Assembly: GCA_017513085.1 (NCBI GenBank)
Contig: JAFWDK010000010.1
Span: 96,001 to 160,000 of the forward strand
DNA: 64,000 nucleotides
Source of the DNA: Clostridiales bacterium
GTDB taxonomy: Bacteria; Bacillota; Clostridia; Saccharofermentanales; Saccharofermentanaceae
Direction: 5' to 3'
The notes beneath the pieces are model-generated. The model was not told the origin of the DNA. It was given only the letters and a program-made list of their open reading frames with translations, and did no database searches. Positions 59,794-64,000 of the stretch are shown piece after piece (position 1 is the stretch's first letter; every line of letters starts with the position of its first letter). A program made the position numbers and the translations under genes.

Positions 59794-60966
59794 ATGGATA
59801 TTAAACAAGAAGCCATTCAGAAGCACGCTGAATGGAAGGGAAAGATCGAAGTAATCACGCGCGCTCCTGTAGCATCTAAGCATGATCTGTCAGTTGCTTA
59901 TACACCGGGTGTTGCTGAACCTTGTCTTGAGATCTCCAAGGATGTGGATCTTTCTTATAAATATACTCGTCGTCACAATCTCGTTGCCGTTGTTACAGAT
60001 GGTACTGCAGTTCTTGGTCTGGGTGATATCGGACCGGAAGCAGGTATGCCGGTTATGGAAGGTAAGTGCGCACTGTTTAAGGCTTTCGGCGATGTTGACG
60101 CATTCCCGCTTTGCATCCGTTCCAAGGATGTAGATGAGATCGTAAATACAGTTGCTCTTCTTGCCGGTTCTTTCGGCGGTGTAAACCTCGAGGATATTTC
60201 CGCTCCGAGATGCTTCGAGATCGAGAAGAAGCTTAAGGAAAGATGTGATATTCCGATCTTCCACGATGACCAGCATGGTACAGCAGTTATTACTCTTGCG
60301 GGTCTTACCAATGCTCTGAAGATCGTTGGTAAGAAGATCGAAGAGATCTCTGTAGTTGTTAATGGTGCAGGTGCTGCTGCTACTGCTATCACCAAGCTCC
60401 TGATTTCCCGTGGCCTGAAGGATGTTGTTCTCTGCGATAGAACAGGTGCGATCTACCAGGGACGTGAGAAACTCAACTCTGCTAAGGAAGAGATCGCTGC
60501 TATCACAAACCAGAAGATGAAGAAGGGTTCTCTCAAGGACGTTATCGTTGGCGCAGACGTATTCATCGGTGTTTCTGCTCCGGGCGTTCTTACAGCTGAG
60601 ATGGTTGCTACAATGGCTAAGGATCCGATCGTATTTGCCTGTGCAAACCCGACTCCTGAGATCCTGCCGGATGAAGCTAAGAAGGCCGGCGTTGCTGTTA
60701 TGGCTACAGGCCGTTCCGATTTCCCGAACCAGGTAAACAACGTTCTCGCTTTCCCGGGTATCTTCCGTGGTGCTCTTGATGTCCGTGCTTCTGACATCAA
60801 CGATGAGATGAAGATTGCTGCTGCTAATGCTATTGCAGGTGTTGTTTCTGATGAAGAACTGAATCCTGAGTATATCCTGCCGGATGCTTTCGATCCGCGC
60901 GTAGGTAAAGCTGTTGCTGCTGCAGTTGCTGAGGCTGCCAGAAAGAGCGGCGTTGCACGTATCTGA
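59794..60966 (+). CDS. NAD(P)-dependent malic enzyme
   Basis: YTPGVA, GMPVMEGK, NLEDI, HDDQHGTA, GAGAA, NQVNN; strong codon bias. Confidence 0.96.
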   Translation: MDIKQEAIQKHAEWKGKIEVITRAPVASKHDLSVAYTPGVAEPCLEISKDVDLSYKYTRRHNLVAVVTDGTAVLGLGDIGPEAGMPVMEGKCALFKAFGDVDAFPLCIRSKDVDEIVNTVALLAGSFGGVNLEDISAPRCFEIEKKLKERCDIPIFHDDQHGTAVITLAGLTNALKIVGKKIEEISVVVNGAGAAATAITKLLISRGLKDVVLCDRTGAIYQGREKLNSAKEEIAAITNQKMKKGSLKDVIVGADVFIGVSAPGVLTAEMVATMAKDPIVFACANPTPEILPDEAKKAGVAVMATGRSDFPNQVNNVLAFPGIFRGALDVRASDINDEMKIAAANAIAGVVSDEELNPEYILPDAFDPRVGKAVAAAVAEAARKSGVARI

Positions 60967-60983
60967 ATATGTAATTGATTTTG

Positions 60984-61020
60984 GAGATGGGTCATCCATG
61001 GGTGGATGACCCATCTCTTT
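60984..61020 (+). terminator. Rho-independent terminator
   Basis: Perfect 15-bp stem GAGATGGGTCATCCA/TGGATGACCCATCTC. Confidence 0.92.
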
Positions 61021-61137
61021 ATATATGTTAAATAGGTTATTCACTTCAGGACAAGTGCTTTTGAATTATTAATATACATACAATATCGAACTCTTGTGGT
61101 AGAATAGCAGAAGTGATTTTTATTTGGAGGCGGGATT

Positions 61138-61626
61138 ATGCTGAATCGTATTGAATTATTGCAGTTGATAGAACATAACGCCAGGATTTCTGTATCGGAA
61201 TTAGCCGTGATGCTCAATGTGTCGGAGGAAGCGGTCGCCGCTGAATTAGAGACTTGCAAAAAAGAGAATGTGATCCTTGGATACAATACCATGATCAATT
61301 GGGAAAAGACTGAAAGAGAGCCTGTTACAGCCATGATCGAGGTTCGGATCACGCCACAGCGTAATCAGGGATTTGATAAGATCGCTAGTCAGTTCTATCG
61401 TTATCAGCAGGTTTCATCCTGTTATCTTATGTCCGGTGGTTTTGACCTGATGCTGATCATCGAGGATTCCACTTTGCGGGAAGTTGCGCAGTTCGTCTCG
61501 GATAAGATCGCTCCGCTGGAAGGTGTTATTTCCACTTCGACCCACTTTATCCTGAAAAAGTATAAGAGCAATGGTACGCTTTTTGAGCAAAAGCAGATCG
61601 ATAACCGTGAAGCCGTCGTACTTTGA
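61138..61626 (+). CDS. Lrp/AsnC family regulator
   Basis: N-terminal HTH; YLMSGGFDL, THFILKKYK. Confidence 0.92.
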   Translation: MLNRIELLQLIEHNARISVSELAVMLNVSEEAVAAELETCKKENVILGYNTMINWEKTEREPVTAMIEVRITPQRNQGFDKIASQFYRYQQVSSCYLMSGGFDLMLIIEDSTLREVAQFVSDKIAPLEGVISTSTHFILKKYKSNGTLFEQKQIDNREAVVL

Positions 61627-61660
61627 ATTGGTGAAAGTACGAGTCAGGGAGGTTTAGTAA

Positions 61661-62857
61661 ATGGATATCGATTATCAAAGTAAAGTATCTTCAGTGGTCA
61701 ACGAGATCAAGCCGTCTGCGATCCGACGTTTCTTTGATCTGGCCAATGAAATGAAGGGAGAAGTGCTCTCTCTTTCGATTGGTGAACCGGATTTTGTTAC
61801 TCCGTGGAGTATCCGCGAGGCCGGTATTTTTTCGTTAGAGGACGGATACACACATTATTCGCCTAACCAGGGTTATATAGAAGTTCGTAAGGCTATTACT
61901 GAGTATCTGGAGAGACGTTTTTCCTTAAAATATGATCCCAAGACACAGATCCTGGTCACCGTTGGCGGCAGTGAGGCACTCGATCTGATTGCCCGTGCAT
62001 TGATCAATCCCGGTGACGAAGTCATTATACTGGAGCCTTGCTTCGTCGCGTATCGTGCGACAGTTACTTTGGCTCGTGGTGTTCCGGTAGTGATCGAGAC
62101 CCGTGAAGAGGATGAGTACAAGCTTAAGCCGGAAGATCTGGAAGCTGCGATCACTGATAAGACAAAGTATATTATTCTCGGGTATCCGGGCAATCCGACC
62201 GGAGCGACCATGACATATGATGATCTTTCTAAGATCCGTGATGTGTTGGTCCGTCATCCGAATGTTTTTGTTGTATCGGATGAGCTTTATTCTGAATTAA
62301 GTTATACCGGCGAACATCCGGCTTCCATAGCATCGTTCCCAGAACTGTACGATCGCACGATCGTCGTGAACGGCTTTTCCAAATCGTTTGCTATGACCGG
62401 CTGGCGTATCGGATATATGGCCGGACCGGCGCCCTTGCTTGCGGCGATGAATAAAGTACATCAGTATTGTATTATGTGTTCTCCGAGTACCGCTCAGTTT
62501 GCCGTAATTGAAGCTTGCCGTAACGGGGATAAAGAAGTTGAAGAAATGCGTGACGAATATAACCGCAGAAGAAGAGTCGTTGTACAAGGTTTAAAAGATG
62601 CAGGATTGTCATGCTTTACACCTACCGGAGCTTTTTATGCATTTCCTTCAATTGAAAAATCCGGGCTCAGTTCTGAGAAGTTCTGTGAACGGTTCCTGAT
62701 GGAAAAGAAGGTTGCCATCGTACCGGGTAATGCTTTCGGTCAGTGCGGTGAAGGTCATGTACGTATCAGTTATGCCGCTTCGATGGAAAACATTATGGAA
62801 GCGATGAAAAGATTGAAAGAGTTTATGCAAGAGTTGAAAGATGGGAGTGTACAATAA
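61661..62857 (+). CDS. Class I/II PLP-dependent aminotransferase
   Basis: IGEPDF, NPTG, SDELY, FSKSFAMTGWRIG. Confidence 0.95.
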   Translation: MDIDYQSKVSSVVNEIKPSAIRRFFDLANEMKGEVLSLSIGEPDFVTPWSIREAGIFSLEDGYTHYSPNQGYIEVRKAITEYLERRFSLKYDPKTQILVTVGGSEALDLIARALINPGDEVIILEPCFVAYRATVTLARGVPVVIETREEDEYKLKPEDLEAAITDKTKYIILGYPGNPTGATMTYDDLSKIRDVLVRHPNVFVVSDELYSELSYTGEHPASIASFPELYDRTIVVNGFSKSFAMTGWRIGYMAGPAPLLAAMNKVHQYCIMCSPSTAQFAVIEACRNGDKEVEEMRDEYNRRRRVVVQGLKDAGLSCFTPTGAFYAFPSIEKSGLSSEKFCERFLMEKKVAIVPGNAFGQCGEGHVRISYAASMENIMEAMKRLKEFMQELKDGSVQ

Positions 62858-63966
62858 TGCTCGAATTTGATAATTTGCGTCTCGAACTGGAAAGCTATGA
62901 AGAAAAAATCGAACTTCTCCGGGATGCTCTGCACATCAAGCAGGTAAGTGATCAGGTTTCCGAACTGGAAGCGCGTTCTCAGGAACCGGACTACTGGAAC
63001 GATGTCGAGAGGGCGCAGTCGGAGCAGACAAAACTGAAGCGCCTGCAAAAGAGAATCAAGACTTTTGAGGATCTGGCGGCTTCCAGAGAAGATCTTCTTG
63101 TTCTTTGCGAGTTGGGTAATGAAGCTGAGGATACGGATGTGCTGGCTGAAGCACAGGAAGGTGTCACGAAGTTTACGGCTGCGTATGAAAAGATGCGTCT
63201 GGAGACACTTCTTACCGGCGAATACGATAAGAATAATGCGATCCTGACACTTCACGCCGGCGCCGGCGGAACTGAGGCCCAGGACTGGGTCAGCATGCTG
63301 TACCGTATGTACACGCACTGGGCTTTGGATCATGATTTTGAGATCAAAGAACTGGAATATCTTGAGGGTGATGAGGCCGGTATTAAGAGTGTTTCGATGA
63401 TGATCACCGGTGAAAATGCTTATGGTTTCCTTCGCTCGGAAATCGGTGTCCATCGTCTCGTTCGTATTTCGCCTTTCGATTCATCAGCACGTCGTCATAC
63501 TTCCTTTGCATCTTGTGAAGTAATGCCGGAACTGGATGATACCATTAACATTAAGATCGATATGGCGGATGTTCGTGTTGATACATACCGTGCTACCGGT
63601 AAGGGTGGTCAGCACGTTAACCGTACGGACTCTGCCGTCCGTCTGACTCACATTCCGACTGGATGCGTAGTTGCCTGTCAGGCTGAGCGTTCTCAGATCC
63701 AGAACAGAGAAACCGCTATGAAGATGTTGGAAGCAAAACTTTTTGCGTTGGCACAGGCCGCTCATATGGAGAAAATCGAGGACTTGAAAGGTGTTCAGAT
63801 GGATATTGCATGGGGAAGCCAGATCCGTTCCTATGTTTTCTGCCCGTATACTCTGGTAAAAGATCATCGTACAGGATACGAAGAAGTGAACGTGGATGCG
63901 GTTATGAATGGTAATCTCGATGGATTTATCAATGCGTTCCTTTCCGGAATGGTAGCAGAAAAGTAA
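62857..63966 (+). CDS. prfB: Peptide chain release factor 2 (continuous ORF, no frameshift)
   Basis: SPF peptide anticodon (RISPFDS), GGQ, WGSQIRSY. Confidence 0.97.
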   Translation: MLEFDNLRLELESYEEKIELLRDALHIKQVSDQVSELEARSQEPDYWNDVERAQSEQTKLKRLQKRIKTFEDLAASREDLLVLCELGNEAEDTDVLAEAQEGVTKFTAAYEKMRLETLLTGEYDKNNAILTLHAGAGGTEAQDWVSMLYRMYTHWALDHDFEIKELEYLEGDEAGIKSVSMMITGENAYGFLRSEIGVHRLVRISPFDSSARRHTSFASCEVMPELDDTINIKIDMADVRVDTYRATGKGGQHVNRTDSAVRLTHIPTGCVVACQAERSQIQNRETAMKMLEAKLFALAQAAHMEKIEDLKGVQMDIAWGSQIRSYVFCPYTLVKDHRTGYEEVNVDAVMNGNLDGFINAFLSGMVAEK

Positions 63967-64000
63967 GTTTGCTTGTTGATGAAAAGAAATGGATCGTCTC

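Overview
64 kb of chromosome from an anaerobic Clostridia-type Firmicute (inferred from gene content, SigA-type promoters, GGAGG ribosome-binding sites and a LexA box of the Gram-positive type); almost all genes are on the + strand. (1) 1-8.9 kb is an AT-richer accessory array of small, unrelated, co-oriented genes (GrpB, 2H phosphoesterase, methyltransferase, HD x2, GNAT x2, MATE, flavodoxin-like, P-loop kinase, Fic, LMW-PTP). It contains gene remnants, a recurring 16-bp pseudo-palindrome at gene junctions, and a 4-site operator in front of the Fic gene. (2) MATE and citrate synthase are followed by three tandem paralogous surface proteins, each with a variable head, a Pro/Thr stalk, a TM helix and a conserved cytoplasmic motif. 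(3) Core genes: tRNA-Glu, uvrA-clp, argJ, five more tRNAs, a topo IV-like type II topoisomerase pair preceded by NrdR-box-like sites, a sirtuin with a Lys-rich tail, a MutS-like protein and lysA. (4) A membrane-anchored kinase / vWA (TerY) / PP2C triad with a degenerate PIN-like N-terminus. (5) mraY, argS, M3 peptidase, rsmF, rdgB, ACT-hom and glnA. (6) A group D [FeFe]-hydrogenase signalling cluster lacking the catalytic HydABC genes and using non-ATG starts, including a probable ATA. (7) Malic enzyme, Lrp-aminotransferase and a prfB without its programmed frameshift. No CRISPR array, rRNA, integrase or transposase was seen. All assignments come from motif recognition by eye; no database search was run.
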